Of a stretch of 64,000 bases of DNA, positions 26,250 through 38,209 are shown in pieces. The notes under the pieces were generated by a model, which did not search any database, was not told where the DNA came from, and was given only the letters and a program-made list of their open reading frames with translations. Both the position numbers and the translations under genes were made by a program. Position 1 is the first letter of the stretch; each line of letters starts with the position of its first letter. This DNA is from Pseudomonadota bacterium (GTDB taxonomy: Bacteria; Pseudomonadota; Gammaproteobacteria; Burkholderiales; JABEVD01). Where the stretch lies: NCBI GenBank assembly GCA_021848825.1, contig JAJZTQ010000013.1:672-64671 (forward strand). Reading direction: 5' to 3'.

Positions 26250-26810
26250 CTATTGGCTCGTCTCTTTGACCCTGACGATGCTCGCCGCGATCCCATTCTG
26301 CTTGAGTTCGTCCCGGATCTTGTTCATGTCTTCCTGGTTCTGGTAAGGGCCTATTCTCACCCTGTACTTGGATTCCGCTCCGCCGCCCTGGATGCCCGAT
26401 TCCAGACCGATCATGGCGAGCTTGGCCTTCATGTTGTCGGCGTCTTCCTTGTTCTGGAAAGCGCCGGCCTGAAGGTAATAGCTTTCGACAGCAGGTGCTG
26501 AAGGGCTCGCCGCCGCCTCGGCAGGAGCCGGCTTGTTGGCAGCAGCGGGCTCCTGTCCGGGAAGAATCTTGTAGAAGTCGAATTTCGGTTTCGTGGCATC
26601 ATTCGAGCCGACATCGGGAGGGGGAATGTTTCCGGGCTGCGTTTCGGCCTGCTGTCCGTGAACGACGAAGGGGCTGGGGAGCTTGTTGATGTACCAGGCC
26701 ACGCCGAGCGAAATCCCTATCCCGAGGATCAGCCCGATCAATATGCCGGCGAACATCGAGCCGCCACGGGGGGGCTTCGAGCCCGATTTCGACTTGTAAT
26801 CTCTGCTCAT
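26250..26810 (-). CDS. SPOR-domain cell division protein (FtsN-like)
   Basis: N-terminal TM helix, FDFYKILP and a SPOR domain (YYLQAGAF, YRVRIGPY); downstream of argS. Confidence 0.9.
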   Translation of the reverse strand: MSRDYKSKSGSKPPRGGSMFAGILIGLILGIGISLGVAWYINKLPSPFVVHGQQAETQPGNIPPPDVGSNDATKPKFDFYKILPGQEPAAANKPAPAEAAASPSAPAVESYYLQAGAFQNKEDADNMKAKLAMIGLESGIQGGGAESKYRVRIGPYQNQEDMNKIRDELKQNGIAASIVRVKETSQ

Positions 26811-26823
26811 AAAAGAACCTTCT

Positions 26824-28551
26824 TCACATTTTTTCCGGTGCGCTCACCCCGAGCAGCCCGAGTCCGTTGCGGATGACTTGCTGCACGCAGGCAATGAGAC
26901 AGAGCCTTGCAAGCTTCACTGCCTCGTCCTCGACCAGGAAATGAGAAGCATTGTAGTAGCTGTGGAACCCGGATGCCAGGTCTTTGAGGTAGAAGGCAAT
27001 CAGATGCGGTGAAAGTTCCTTTGCCGCACTTTCTATCAGGGCTGGATAATCGATGAGCTGCTGCATCAATTCGAGCTCATGAACGGCATCGAGGCTCGAT
27101 GCGTCTGCTTCCGCAAGGATTCCCTGATCCCCGCCCCATTGCTCGAGGACGCTCGCAATTCGCGCATGCGCATACTGAACGTAATAAACGGGATTCTCGT
27201 TGCTTTGCGATTTTGCAAGATCGAGATCAAAGTCCAGATGCTGATCGCATTTCCTCAATACATAGAAAAACCTTGCTGCATCGTTCCCTACTTCTTTCCT
27301 CAACTCTCTCAGCGTAACGAAGTCGCCGCTCCTCGTCGACATCGAAGCCTTCTTCCCTTCGCGGTAAAGTACGGCGAACTGAACGAGCGCAATCTCCAGT
27401 TTTTCAGCAGGCGCTCCCGCCGCAGTGAGCGCTCCCTTCACCCTGGCGATATAGCCATGATGGTCGGCTCCCCAGATGTCGATGACGCGGTCGAAGCTGC
27501 GTTCGAACTTGTTCAGGTGATAGGCGATGTCCGAGGCGAAATAGGTGTAGAGGCCGTTTTCCCGCTGCACGACCCTGTCCTTTTCATCTCCGAATTCGGT
27601 AGATCTGAACCATTTGGCCCCGTCCTGAATGTAGATGTGGCCAGCTTCCTCGAGCGTCCTTACCGCCTTCTCGACCATGCCGCTGTCGAAAAGCGATTGC
27701 TCGGAGAACCAGGTATCGAAAACCACGCCGAATTCGAGCAGATCGTTCCTGCAGTCCCCCAGTTGTTCGTTGAGGACGAAGTCGTGGATGTAATGGTAAT
27801 CCGGACCGAGCAGCCTTTTCGCATTCGCGATCAGGCTGTCGAGATAGGCATCTTCGTTGGACATTTCGACAGGGATCCCGAAAAGCACGGCGCCCTGGGG
27901 GTGCTTGTAGCGATCCCCATGCGCTTCGTGTATCAGCTTCGCCATGTCACGAACATAGCTTCCCTGGTAGGCGTTCGGCGGGAAAAGAATGTCCACCCCG
28001 ACAAGTTCGAGATAGCGTAGCCAGGTGGAGAGCGTCAGGATATCCATCTGCCGCCCTGCATCGTTCACGTAATATTCCCTCGAGACTTTGAACCCTGCGG
28101 CCTCCAGAAGATTGGAAAGGCTTGCGCCGAATGCAGCGCCCCTTCCGTGGCCGACATGCAGGGGGCCGGTCGGGTTGGCCGAAACGAATTCGACCTGGAC
28201 TTTGCTGCCTTTGCCAAGATCCGATTTCCCGAAGGCTTCCCTCGCCTCCAGGATATGCCTCAGAAACAGCTGCTTGGAGGATTTCCTGATGAAAACGTTT
28301 ATGAAACCCGCCCCGGCAATTTCCAGCTTTTCGACATGTTCGGAAGCCGGGAAGGCTGCCAGTATTTCCGATGCGACCTGCCTCGGATTTTTCTTCAGCG
28401 ATTTCGCAAGCTGCATTGCGATATTGCAGGCGTAGTCGCCGTGAGCGGCAAGCTTGGGGCGCTCGAGATGGATTTCAGGCGCAGAAGGAGAAATCTTTTC
28501 TGCAGCCTCGGAAAAAAGCTTGGCGAGATGGAATTTGAAGTCAGGGATCAT
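26824..28551 (-). CDS. argS: Arginine-tRNA ligase
   Basis: HGDYACN, EFVSANPTGPLHVGHGRG, WGADHHGY, MSTRSG, VYYVQYAHAR. Confidence 0.99.
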   Translation of the reverse strand: MIPDFKFHLAKLFSEAAEKISPSAPEIHLERPKLAAHGDYACNIAMQLAKSLKKNPRQVASEILAAFPASEHVEKLEIAGAGFINVFIRKSSKQLFLRHILEAREAFGKSDLGKGSKVQVEFVSANPTGPLHVGHGRGAAFGASLSNLLEAAGFKVSREYYVNDAGRQMDILTLSTWLRYLELVGVDILFPPNAYQGSYVRDMAKLIHEAHGDRYKHPQGAVLFGIPVEMSNEDAYLDSLIANAKRLLGPDYHYIHDFVLNEQLGDCRNDLLEFGVVFDTWFSEQSLFDSGMVEKAVRTLEEAGHIYIQDGAKWFRSTEFGDEKDRVVQRENGLYTYFASDIAYHLNKFERSFDRVIDIWGADHHGYIARVKGALTAAGAPAEKLEIALVQFAVLYREGKKASMSTRSGDFVTLRELRKEVGNDAARFFYVLRKCDQHLDFDLDLAKSQSNENPVYYVQYAHARIASVLEQWGGDQGILAEADASSLDAVHELELMQQLIDYPALIESAAKELSPHLIAFYLKDLASGFHSYYNASHFLVEDEAVKLARLCLIACVQQVIRNGLGLLGVSAPEKM

Positions 28552-28589
28552 GATTGTGCTCGGTTATGCAATTATATCTTTACAACAGG

Positions 28590-30767
28590 CTAAAACTCTA
28601 GCGGATCGACATCGACATGCCACCTGACAGTCCTGTTCGAAGCGTTCAGGAGCGGCAGAAGCGCTTTCAGAAAATGCTGCAGGTTCTGGCGCGATGAAGA
28701 CTGGAACAGGATCTGCGCCCTTTCCAGATTCCCGAGCCGCTCCATCGAGGCTGTGACAGGATCGAACACGGCGACGCCATCCTGAAGGCCTGTGGCGACC
28801 CCGAACACGTGGTCGAGAAAGGCCATTGCAGCCTCGAGGGAGCGAGATTCCGCCCGGATCAATGCCTGATGGACATAGGGCGGAAAGCCCGCTGTCCTCC
28901 TTTCTTCCAGCAGCAGTTCAGCCATCGTTCTGTAGTCGTGATGCTTGAGTGCAGAATAAAGAGGATGATCCATGAATTCCGTCTGGATCATGACTTCGCC
29001 TTTCTGCCCGGCCCTTCCCGCTCTTCCGGAGACCTGGGTGAGCTGGGAGAAAAGCCTTTCGGACGCCCGGAAATCGCTGCTGTAGAGGGAAGCATCCGGA
29101 TTCAGGATGCCCACGAGCGTGAGGTTGGGAAAATCATGCCCTTTTGCGAGAATCTGTGTCCCGACAAGAATGTCCACCTCGTTTTGCCTGATCTTCTGCA
29201 GCATCTCGTTCCAGGATTGCTTCCTCCTTATGCTGTCCCTGTCGATCCTGAGTATTCTGGCATCCGGAAAGATGATCCCGAGTTCCGATTCAAGGCGCTG
29301 CGTGCCGTGCCCCAAAGGCCTGAGATCGACATTGCCGCATTGCCGGCAGGAACTCATGATCTTTTCCTCGAAACCGCAATAATGGCACTTCAGGCGCTTA
29401 TCCTTCAGATGCAGCACGAGCTTGGAAGAGCACCTTCTGCAGGAAGGAGTCCAGGAGCAGGCGCTGCAGATCAGCGCAGGGGAATAGCCTCTCCTGTTCA
29501 GGAAGATCAGGCTCTGCTCGCCTCTTTCGATTCTCTCCCCGACAGCCTTGATGAGCTTCCCGCTCAGCCCTGTTCTCTTCCTTTCGAGCCTCATGTCTAT
29601 GAAGCTGATTTCAGGCAGGCTCGCCTCCGGAACGGCCCTGCCGCGGAGCTCCAGCATGCCGTAACGACCTTTCACCGCGCTGAAATAGCTCTCCAGGGAA
29701 GGCGTGGCCGAGCCGAGAATGACGGGAACGGCCTCCTGCTTCGCCCTCATCACGGCGACGTCCCTTGCGCTGTAGCGCAGTCCCTCCTGCTGCTTGAATG
29801 AGGGGTCGTGCTCCTCGTCGACCACGATCAGTCCTAGGGAAGAAAAAGGGGCGAATACGGCGAGCCGGGTGCCGAGAACGATCCTCGCTTCCCCGCTCTG
29901 GGCGCGCATCCAGTTCGCCATTCTTTCCCCGTCGCTCAGACCGCTGTGCAGGCTCGCCATGCCTGTTCCGGGAAATCTCGATCTGAAAACCTGTTCGAGA
30001 TGAGGGGTGAGATTGATTTCAGGCACGAGGAAGAGCGCCTGCCTTCCTGATCGGAGCACTTCGGCGATGACCTGAAGGTAGACTTCCGTCTTTCCGCTGC
30101 CGGTGATGCCGAACAGCAGCCAGGGATGAAATCCTTCCAGGTTTTCGAGAATTCGGGATGCGGCCTTTTCCTGTTCCTCGTTGAGGCAAGGATGATCCGC
30201 GATTTCCAGCGCTGCAGGCTTCTTCTCCGCTGCCTCCGCGTAGCCCAGGTCGAAAAGCTTTCTGACGACCGTGGAGGGAAATTCGGCGCGCAGTCCTTCC
30301 ATGGAAGCGCCCGGGTTCATTTTCAGGAATTCGACCAGCGCGTTGAGTTTCCGGCTTCTCTGGGGAAGAACGGCGGTCTTTCCCGCCTCCGAAAGGGCAT
30401 AGAATCTCTCGGGTTCAACGGGCTTTGCGCGCTTCAGTCTGGCAGGAAGGGCGTTCAGGATCACCGGCCCGATCGGGTAATGGTAATAGTCGCTGCAGAA
30501 CCTGAAAAGTTCGATGAGCTTCTGGTGCAGGGGGGGGATATCCCTGAAGATCGTTGAAACCGACTTGAGTCTGGATGGGCAAACCTCCGAATGCAGTCCC
30601 TTATCGAGGACGACGCCGACAGCCTCCTTCTTTCCGAAAGGCACGGCCACCCTGGCGCCGATGGGCGTTTCCTTTTCTCCCAGGTAATCGAAGAGCTCGA
30701 AGACCGGGACGTCAAGGGCCACCCTGATGATGTCGGGAGAGGTTTCCAATTTCGAGTTACATCGCAT
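28590..30767 (-). CDS. priA: Primosomal protein N' (replication restart helicase)
   Basis: GITGSGKTEVY, DEEHD, GSATPSLES, four CxxC zinc ligands, GTQILAKGHDFP. Confidence 0.98.
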   Translation of the reverse strand: MRCNSKLETSPDIIRVALDVPVFELFDYLGEKETPIGARVAVPFGKKEAVGVVLDKGLHSEVCPSRLKSVSTIFRDIPPLHQKLIELFRFCSDYYHYPIGPVILNALPARLKRAKPVEPERFYALSEAGKTAVLPQRSRKLNALVEFLKMNPGASMEGLRAEFPSTVVRKLFDLGYAEAAEKKPAALEIADHPCLNEEQEKAASRILENLEGFHPWLLFGITGSGKTEVYLQVIAEVLRSGRQALFLVPEINLTPHLEQVFRSRFPGTGMASLHSGLSDGERMANWMRAQSGEARIVLGTRLAVFAPFSSLGLIVVDEEHDPSFKQQEGLRYSARDVAVMRAKQEAVPVILGSATPSLESYFSAVKGRYGMLELRGRAVPEASLPEISFIDMRLERKRTGLSGKLIKAVGERIERGEQSLIFLNRRGYSPALICSACSWTPSCRRCSSKLVLHLKDKRLKCHYCGFEEKIMSSCRQCGNVDLRPLGHGTQRLESELGIIFPDARILRIDRDSIRRKQSWNEMLQKIRQNEVDILVGTQILAKGHDFPNLTLVGILNPDASLYSSDFRASERLFSQLTQVSGRAGRAGQKGEVMIQTEFMDHPLYSALKHHDYRTMAELLLEERRTAGFPPYVHQALIRAESRSLEAAMAFLDHVFGVATGLQDGVAVFDPVTASMERLGNLERAQILFQSSSRQNLQHFLKALLPLLNASNRTVRWHVDVDPLEF

Positions 30768-30823
30768 CCTTGTCGTCGATTCTAGGAAATACGTGCAACA
30801 TGCTTATTTAAAAGAATAAAAAG

Positions 30824-30858
30824 TTACTCACAAAACCTGTTGATAACTTTGTGGATTA
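30824..30858. promoter_or_regulatory. Cluster of three DnaA boxes (DARS-like geometry)
   Basis: TTACTCACA (30824-30832), 5 bp, TGTTGATAA (30838-30846), 3 bp, TGTGGATTA (30850-30858). Each box has 1 mismatch to TTWTNCACA. Confidence 0.75.
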
Positions 30859-31000
30859 TGCGCCATGCCGCTACGGCGTTTTTGCCAAAAAGGACGGCAA
30901 TCCCGTCATTCCCCGCAATGATTCAAAAAATACTCTTTATAATCAGAGTGATGAAATGGTATATCAGAATAGGCTGATTGTCTTCCGGCTTGCGGAAAGC

Positions 31001-31009
31001 TGTGCATAA
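31001..31009 (-). promoter_or_regulatory. DnaA box
   Basis: TGTGCATAA, reverse complement TTATGCACA, matches TTWTNCACA exactly. Confidence 0.6.
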
Positions 31010-31050
31010 GTCGGAATTGATGCTGCGGCAATGGATGTTTGGAAACCCGC

Positions 31051-32127
31051 CTATTGCGAAGCCACTTCGTGATATTTCCGGCTAGCCGAATGAACCGTCT
31101 CGACCATGATCCGTGCGTGCTCAGGATCGGTGTACTGGGAGATGCCGTGGCCGAGATTGAAGACATGCCCGCTTCCATGGCCGAAGCTCTCGAGGACCTT
31201 TTCCGTTTCCGCGACGATGTTTTCGGGGGAGGAAAAAAGCACGAAAGGATCCAGATTTCCCTGCAGCGCGATTTTTTCGCCAACCAGGCGTCTTGCCCTG
31301 CCTATGTCCATGGTCCAGTCCAGTCCAGCCGCATCGCACCCTATCGATGCGATGCTCTCCAGCCAGAGTCCGCCTCCCTTGGTGAAAACGATGTTCGGCA
31401 CCCTTCTTCCCTCTCTCGTCTTGTGCAGCGAAGAAACGATCTTTTCCATGTAGGAAAGCGAAAATTCGGCATAGGCGGATTCGGACAATGCCCCTCCCCA
31501 GGAATCGAATATCATCACCGCCTGGGCGCCGCTTTCTATCTGCGCGTTGAGATAATCCGTAACGGCCTTGGTATTCACTTCGAGGATATGATGGAGGAGG
31601 TCCGGCCTGCGGTAGAGCATGGTCTTCGTGTGCAGGAAATCGCTGCTGCTTCCGCCTTCTATCATGTAGCAGGCGAGCGTGAAAGGGCTTCCCGAAAAGC
31701 CGATCAAAGGAACCGAGTTGGCCAGAGCCTTCCTGATCTGCCTGACCGCATCCATGACATAGCCCAGGTGGGCGGATGGGTCCGGCGAAGAAAGGTTCTT
31801 GATCTCCCATTCGTCCCTGAGGGGTCTTTCGAATTTCGGCCCTTCTCCTTCGGCGAAATAGAGGCCGAGCCCCATCGCGTCGGGAACAGTCAGGATGTCG
31901 GAAAAAAGGATGGCGGCATCGAGCGGGAAGCGGGCAAGCGGCTGAAGCGTCACTTCGGTCGCAAGATCAGGGTTCTTGCAGAGCGAAAGGAAGCTTCCTG
32001 CACGGGCTCGGGTCTGGTTGTATTCAGGGAGATAGCGTCCCGCCTGCCTCATCATCCACACCGGCGTATAGGGAACGGGCTCGCGGAGCAGCGCCCGCAA
32101 AAAAGTGTCGTTCTTGAGCTGGATCAT
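31051..32127 (-). CDS. hemE: Uroporphyrinogen decarboxylase
   Basis: [47 protein letters not shown]. Confidence 0.99.
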   Translation of the reverse strand: MIQLKNDTFLRALLREPVPYTPVWMMRQAGRYLPEYNQTRARAGSFLSLCKNPDLATEVTLQPLARFPLDAAILFSDILTVPDAMGLGLYFAEGEGPKFERPLRDEWEIKNLSSPDPSAHLGYVMDAVRQIRKALANSVPLIGFSGSPFTLACYMIEGGSSSDFLHTKTMLYRRPDLLHHILEVNTKAVTDYLNAQIESGAQAVMIFDSWGGALSESAYAEFSLSYMEKIVSSLHKTREGRRVPNIVFTKGGGLWLESIASIGCDAAGLDWTMDIGRARRLVGEKIALQGNLDPFVLFSSPENIVAETEKVLESFGHGSGHVFNLGHGISQYTDPEHARIMVETVHSASRKYHEVASQ

Positions 32128-33557
32128 CTCGGCAGCTCCGATCGCCCCATCAGGAATTCGTCGACCGCGCGTGCGGCCTGCCTGCCTTCACGGATTGCCC
32201 ATACCACGAGCGATTGCCCCCTTCTCATGTCGCCTGCCGCGAAAACCTTGGAAACGGATGTCTGGTATTTCGTCGTGTCTGCCTTCACGTTGCCCCTCTG
32301 GTCGAGTTCCACGCCGAGTTCGGCGAGCATGCCGGCATGCACCGGGTGTAGATAGCCCATCGCAAGGAGAACGAGATCGGCGGGGAGCTCGAATTCTGAT
32401 CCGGGGATTTCCTGCATCTTCATGCCGCCTTTTTCGTCCCTGACCCATTCCACCTGAACGCCATGGAGCGTCTGTACCTTTTTACCGCCCGAGAACTCAT
32501 TCGTCACCACGCTCCATTCCCGCTCGCAGCCCTCTTCCTGGGAACTCGATGTGCGGAGCTTGAGCGGCCAGTTTGGCCAGGTGAGCGGCCTGTTTTCCTG
32601 CTCCGGCGGCTTCGGCATGACCTCGAGCTGGGTCACCGAAAGCGCGCCGTGCCTGATCGATGTGCCCACGCAGTCGGAGCCTGTATCGCCCCCGCCTATG
32701 ACAATGACATGCTTGCCTTTTGCGGAGATCTGGTCCCGGATTTCGTCTCCAGCATTCTTCTTGTTCTGCGGAATGAGGAAATCGAGTGCGAAATGAACGC
32801 CCGGGAGTTCCCTGCCCGGGATGGGAAGATCTCGGGGCGTTTCGCTTCCTCCGGTCAAGACGACGGCGTCAAATTCGTCGACCAGCTTTTTTGCAGGAAA
32901 ATCGACCCCGACATGCTGCTTCACCCTGAATTCGACGCCTTCAGCCCTCATCTGCTCGATGCGCCTGTCGATATGATGCTTTTCCATCTTGAAGTCGGGA
33001 ATGCCGTACCTCAGGAGGCCGCCTATCCTGTCGTTCTTTTCGAAAAGAACGACATCGTGCCCGGCCCTAGCAAGCTGCTGGGAACAGGCAAGGCCCGCAG
33101 GGCCCGATCCGACGACGGCGACCTTTCTCCCTGTCTTCGCGAGCGGGATCTGCGGCTTCACCCATCCTTCTTCCCAGGCGCGGTCTATGATGGCGTGCTC
33201 GATCGATTTGATCGTCACCGCGTCGTCGTTGATGTTGAGGGTGCAGGCTGCTTCGCATGGAGCGGGGCAGATCCTCCCGGTGAAATCGGGAAAATTGTTC
33301 GTCGAATGCAGCACTTCGATCGCCTCCGCCCACCTTCCCCTGTAGACGAGATCGTTCCAGTCCGGAATGATGTTGTTCACCGGGCAGCCCGAATGGCAGA
33401 ACGGGATGCCGCAATCCATGCATCTCGCACCCTGCATCCTGATCTTTTCCTCGGGAAGCGGCGTCACAAATTCGCGGTAATGATGAATGCGTTCTTCGAC
33501 CGGGGCGGACTCGTCGTTCACCCGGCCGATCTCCATGAATCCAGTCGGCTTACCCAT
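32124..33557 (-). CDS. gltD: Glutamate synthase small subunit
   Basis: [52 protein letters not shown]. Confidence 0.99.
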   Translation of the reverse strand: MGKPTGFMEIGRVNDESAPVEERIHHYREFVTPLPEEKIRMQGARCMDCGIPFCHSGCPVNNIIPDWNDLVYRGRWAEAIEVLHSTNNFPDFTGRICPAPCEAACTLNINDDAVTIKSIEHAIIDRAWEEGWVKPQIPLAKTGRKVAVVGSGPAGLACSQQLARAGHDVVLFEKNDRIGGLLRYGIPDFKMEKHHIDRRIEQMRAEGVEFRVKQHVGVDFPAKKLVDEFDAVVLTGGSETPRDLPIPGRELPGVHFALDFLIPQNKKNAGDEIRDQISAKGKHVIVIGGGDTGSDCVGTSIRHGALSVTQLEVMPKPPEQENRPLTWPNWPLKLRTSSSQEEGCEREWSVVTNEFSGGKKVQTLHGVQVEWVRDEKGGMKMQEIPGSEFELPADLVLLAMGYLHPVHAGMLAELGVELDQRGNVKADTTKYQTSVSKVFAAGDMRRGQSLVVWAIREGRQAARAVDEFLMGRSELPR

Positions 33558-36500
33558 TGACAGACTCCAGTGTTGCTTTCTTGTTCGCCATTTCAGTCAG
33601 TGCGCGCCTGTATTCGGTCGGCATGACCTTCACGAATTTCGGCAGGTAGCGCGCCCAGTTGTCGAGTATTTCCTTTGCACGGGTGCTTCCCGTGTAGGCT
33701 TGATGATTCGAGATCAGCTTTTTCAGAAGGGCCTGGTCGCCCTTGCCGAGATGGTTCACCTTGACCTTGCCGTGGGATTCGAGCTCTTCCGTCTCGTCCA
33801 GGCTCGCCTCCTCTTCAGGCAGAGGCTCAAGCTCCACCATCGCCATGTTGCAGCGTTCCTCGAAGTTGCCTTGTTCGTCCAGCACATAGGCTATCCCGCC
33901 GCTCATTCCAGCTGCGAAATTCCGGCCTGTCTGGCCCAGGACAACCACGATTCCGCCGGTCATGTATTCGCAGCCATGGTCACCCACGCCCTCGACGACG
34001 GTCGTGCAGCCAGAATTTCGAACGGCGAACCGCTCCCCGGCCACACCCCTGAAATAGGCTTCCCCGCTTATCGCTCCATAGAGGACCGTATTGCCCACGA
34101 CGATGTTCTCTTCGGGAACGATCCTGCATTGGGAATCGGGATAGATCACGACCCTTCCGCCCGAGAGCCCTTTTCCGACATAGTCGTTGCCGTCTCCTTC
34201 CAGCTCGAAGGTGATTCCCGAGGCGAGGAATGCGCCGAAGCTCTGCCCTGCAGTGCCTTTGAACTTGACATGGATGGTGTCGTCAGGAAGCCCCGAATGG
34301 CCATGCCTGAGGGCGACGGCGCCGGAAAGCATCGCCCCGACTGAACGATTCACGTTGCATATCGAGGTTTCTATCCTGACTGCAGTCCTGTTCTCTATTG
34401 CCGGCCTCGCCTTTTCGATGAGCTCGTGGTCGAGCGCCTTTTCGATGCCGTGATCCTGCGTTTCCTGATGATAGCGCGCGACATTCTCGGGAACCTCAGG
34501 CTGGTGGAGCACCCTGGAGAAGTCCAGTCCCTTTGCCTTCCAGTGGCTGACAGCGCGCCTGACGTCGATCAGGTCCGTCCTGCCTATCAGCTCGTCGAAT
34601 TTCCTGATGCCCATCTGCGCCATGTATTCCCTGACTTCCTCAGCGACGAAGAAGAAATAATTGACGACATGCTCTGGCTGCCCGGTAAATTTCTTCCTAA
34701 GCGTCTCGTCCTGCGTCGCAACCCCTACCGGGCAGGTATTGAGATGGCATTTCCGCATCATGATGCAGCCTTCCACGACGAGCGGAGCGGTGGAGAACCC
34801 GAATTCGTCCGCGCCGAGAAGCGCGCCGATCAGCACATCCCTTCCGGTCTTCAGCTGTCCGTCGACCTGGACGGCAACCCTTCCCCTCAGGCGATTCAAG
34901 ACGAGGGTCTGCTGGGTTTCGGACAGGCCGAGCTCCCAGGGCGTCCCTGCGTGCTTGATCGAACTCAGCGGGCTCGCGCCTGTTCCGCCGTCGTATCCGG
35001 AAATCGTGATATGGTCGGCTTTCGCCTTGGCCACGCCAGCTGCAACCGTACCCACCCCGACTTCGGAAACGAGCTTCACGCTGACGCTCGCGCGAGGATT
35101 GACGTTCTTGAGGTCGTGGATCAGCTGAGCGAGGTCCTCGATCGAATAGATGTCGTGATGAGGCGGAGGCGAGATGAGCCCCACCCCTGGCACGGAATGC
35201 CTCACTTTCGCGATGTATTCGCTGACCTTGTGGCCGGGAAGCTGTCCGCCTTCTCCGGGTTTTGCCCCCTGGGCCATCTTGATCTGCAGCTGGTCAGCAT
35301 TGACGAGATATTCCGCGCTGACGCCGAACCGGCCTGCAGCGACCTGCTTGATCGCCGAGCGCATCGAATCGCCGTTCGGCAGCGGCTTGAAGCGTATCGG
35401 ATCTTCACCGCCCTCGCCGGTATTGGATTTCCCGCCTATCCTGTTCATGGCGATGGCGAGCGTGCTGTGGGCTTCCTTCGAAATGGAGCCCAGGGACATC
35501 GCGCCTGTGGCGAAGCGCTTGACGATATCCTTTGCAGGCTCCACTTCCTCGATCGGAATCGGATTTCCCTTTCTGATCTCGAAAAGGCCGCGCAAGGTCA
35601 TCAGCTGTTCGCTCTGGTCATTGATGAGCTTCGCATATTCCTTGTAGGTGCCGAAACTGCCGGATCGGGTTGCATGCTGAAGCTTCGAAATGCTTTCGGG
35701 TGTCCAAAGGTGGGCTTCGCCTCTAGTCCTGTAGGCATATTCTCCGCCCACGTCCAGAGCGGATTCGTAAAGAGGCGAATGCCCGAAGGCGAGGCGGTGG
35801 ATTTCCGCGGCTTCTTCGGCGATTTCCTTGAGCCCTATCCCTTCCACCTTGCTCGACGTGCCGGGGAAATAGCGCTGGATGAATTCGGTATTGAGCCCTA
35901 TGGCTTCGAAAATCTGTGCGCCGCAATAGGACTGATAGGTCGAGATGCCCATTTTGGACATCACCTTCAGCAGCCCTTTCGATACGGCCTTGACGAAGCG
36001 CTTCTTCGCCTCATGAGAAGAAAGGTCTCCCGGAAGGAGTTCGGTCATGTTCTCTATGGTTTCGAACGCGAGCCAGGGATGGACCGCCTCTGCCCCGTAT
36101 CCCGCAAGAAGCGCGAAGTGATGCACTTCCCTTGCCGAACCCGTATCGACGACCAGCCCCGAATTCGTCCTCAATCCATTCCTGACGAGATGATGGTGAA
36201 CCGTCGAAGTGGCGAGAAGCGCCGGGATGGGGATGTTATTCCCGCTCACCTTCCTGTCGGAAAGGATCAGGATGGTGACGCCTTCCCTGACCGATTTTTC
36301 TGCAGCTGCGCAGAGTTCCGCGAGCGCCGACTCCATGCCCTGGGCGCCTTTCGACGAAGGGTAGCAGATGTCGAGCACCCTCGAGCTGAATTTTCCTTTC
36401 GTCAGCCCCGATATGTTCGCGAGCTTGTCGAAGTCCGCCGAAGAAAGAACAGGCTGGCTCACTTCCAGCCTGGGCTGAGGCTCTGTGTCTTCTATGCCGA

Positions 36501-38130
36501 GAAGATTGGGTTTCGGGCCGATGAAGGAAACGAGCGACATCACCAGTTCTTCCCTGATCGGATCGATAGGGGGATTGGTCACCTGGGCGAAAAGCTGCTT
36601 GAAATAATTGTAGAGGGGCTTCAGCTTGTTCGACATCACGGCAAGCGGAGAATCGTTCCCCATCGATCCAGTCGCTTCCTGCCCGGTTGCCGCCATGGGC
36701 TGGAGAAGGAACTTGACGTCCTCCTGGGTATAGTCGAATGCCTGCTGCCTGTCGAGAAGAGGGACTTCGAATTTTTCGGACGAATCTCCTGCTTCGGGAA
36801 GGTCGGAGAGCAGCAGCCTGGATTGTTCCAGCCATTTTCCGTATGGCTTCCCGCCCGCGAGCGTGTCCTTGATTTCCTTGTCGTCTATGATCCGTCCGGC
36901 CTCGAGATCGATGAGGAACATCTTTCCTGGCTGAAGGCGCCATTTCTTGACGATGGTTTGCTGGGGAATGGCAAGCACGCCCATTTCGGAAGCCATGACG
37001 ACAAGATCGTCGTCGGTGATCAGGTAGCGCGCAGGCCTCAGTCCATTCCTGTCAAGCGTCGCGCCGATCTGCCTTCCGTCCGTGAATGCCACTGCGGCAG
37101 GGCCATCCCACGGCTCCATCAGGGCGGCATGGTATTCGTAAAAGGCGCGCCTTTCCTCGTCCATCAGCGGATTTCCGGCCCATGCCTCGGGGATCAGCAT
37201 CATCATCGCATGGGCAAGGGAATAGCCCCCGGCGACGAGCAGCTCGAGCGCATTGTCGAAACAGGCCGAATCGGACTGCCCTTCCACGATCAGCGGCCAT
37301 ATTTTCTCGAGATCTTCTCCCAGCACAGGGGAAGACATCGCTTCATGGCGGGCCGTCATCCAGTTCACGTTTCCGCGCATCGTGTTGATTTCGCCGTTGT
37401 GGGCGATCATCCTGAAGGGATGGGCAAGATCCCATGTCGGGAAGGTATTGGTCGAGAAGCGCTGATGCACGAGCGCGAGCGCGGAGACGGTATGCTCGTC
37501 CATGAGGTCCGGATAATATTCCCCGACCTGGTTGGCAAGCAGCATGCCCTTGTAGACGACAGTCCTGGAAGACATCGAGGGAATGTAGAAGGCTTCACTG
37601 AGATCGAGCTTCTTCACGGCATGTTCTATGCTCTTCCTGATGACGAAGAGCCTGCGCTCGAAGCTGTCCTGGTCCCTGCATGAGCTCCCTATGAAGACCT
37701 GGCGGACGCGAGGCTCGACTTTCTTGACGCCTTCCCCCAGCCCTGAATTCACCGTCGGCACGTCGCGCCAGCCGATGATCGATTGCCCTTCCTCCGCGAC
37801 ATGCTTTGCGATGATCGCTTCGCATGCCGCCCGCATTTCATTGTCTTGCGGCAGAAAGAGCATGCCCACCCCGTATTGTCCGGAAGCAGGGAGCGCAAAT
37901 CCGCATTGGCTCCTGAAGAAATCGTCCGGGATCTGGATCAGGATGCCTGCGCCATCGCCCGCAAGGGGGTCGGCGCCTGTCGCTCCCCTGTGGGTGAGAT
38001 TCTTGAGGATCTGAAGTCCCTGGGTGACGATGTCGTGACGCTTCAAACCCTTGATATGGGCGATGAATCCCACCCCGCAGGCATCATGCTCGTAATCCGG
38101 GTCGTACATCCCTTCAGGCAACTGGCTCAA
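33550..38130 (-). CDS. gltB: Glutamate synthase large subunit
   Basis: 1526 aa; [56 protein letters not shown]. Confidence 0.99.
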   Translation of the reverse strand: MSQLPEGMYDPDYEHDACGVGFIAHIKGLKRHDIVTQGLQILKNLTHRGATGADPLAGDGAGILIQIPDDFFRSQCGFALPASGQYGVGMLFLPQDNEMRAACEAIIAKHVAEEGQSIIGWRDVPTVNSGLGEGVKKVEPRVRQVFIGSSCRDQDSFERRLFVIRKSIEHAVKKLDLSEAFYIPSMSSRTVVYKGMLLANQVGEYYPDLMDEHTVSALALVHQRFSTNTFPTWDLAHPFRMIAHNGEINTMRGNVNWMTARHEAMSSPVLGEDLEKIWPLIVEGQSDSACFDNALELLVAGGYSLAHAMMMLIPEAWAGNPLMDEERRAFYEYHAALMEPWDGPAAVAFTDGRQIGATLDRNGLRPARYLITDDDLVVMASEMGVLAIPQQTIVKKWRLQPGKMFLIDLEAGRIIDDKEIKDTLAGGKPYGKWLEQSRLLLSDLPEAGDSSEKFEVPLLDRQQAFDYTQEDVKFLLQPMAATGQEATGSMGNDSPLAVMSNKLKPLYNYFKQLFAQVTNPPIDPIREELVMSLVSFIGPKPNLLGIEDTEPQPRLEVSQPVLSSADFDKLANISGLTKGKFSSRVLDICYPSSKGAQGMESALAELCAAAEKSVREGVTILILSDRKVSGNNIPIPALLATSTVHHHLVRNGLRTNSGLVVDTGSAREVHHFALLAGYGAEAVHPWLAFETIENMTELLPGDLSSHEAKKRFVKAVSKGLLKVMSKMGISTYQSYCGAQIFEAIGLNTEFIQRYFPGTSSKVEGIGLKEIAEEAAEIHRLAFGHSPLYESALDVGGEYAYRTRGEAHLWTPESISKLQHATRSGSFGTYKEYAKLINDQSEQLMTLRGLFEIRKGNPIPIEEVEPAKDIVKRFATGAMSLGSISKEAHSTLAIAMNRIGGKSNTGEGGEDPIRFKPLPNGDSMRSAIKQVAAGRFGVSAEYLVNADQLQIKMAQGAKPGEGGQLPGHKVSEYIAKVRHSVPGVGLISPPPHHDIYSIEDLAQLIHDLKNVNPRASVSVKLVSEVGVGTVAAGVAKAKADHITISGYDGGTGASPLSSIKHAGTPWELGLSETQQTLVLNRLRGRVAVQVDGQLKTGRDVLIGALLGADEFGFSTAPLVVEGCIMMRKCHLNTCPVGVATQDETLRKKFTGQPEHVVNYFFFVAEEVREYMAQMGIRKFDELIGRTDLIDVRRAVSHWKAKGLDFSRVLHQPEVPENVARYHQETQDHGIEKALDHELIEKARPAIENRTAVRIETSICNVNRSVGAMLSGAVALRHGHSGLPDDTIHVKFKGTAGQSFGAFLASGITFELEGDGNDYVGKGLSGGRVVIYPDSQCRIVPEENIVVGNTVLYGAISGEAYFRGVAGERFAVRNSGCTTVVEGVGDHGCEYMTGGIVVVLGQTGRNFAAGMSGGIAYVLDEQGNFEERCNMAMVELEPLPEEEASLDETEELESHGKVKVNHLGKGDQALLKKLISNHQAYTGSTRAKEILDNWARYLPKFVKVMPTEYRRALTEMANKKATLESVNG

Positions 38131-38209
38131 GTTCTACCTCTTAAATCTGTTCAGCAATGAAAAATGCAGCAGACGCCGCAACCCCCGTATCCGCAAGGGA
38201 AAGTTTTTG

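Noticed and set aside
34426-37683. 1085-aa plus-strand ORF antisense to gltB (likewise the 754-aa ORF opposite mrcA, and many 150-490-aa ORFs opposite real genes)
   Set aside because: These are shadow ORFs fully overlapping well-identified genes. They show no recognisable motifs and are expected from codon bias in GC-rich coding DNA.
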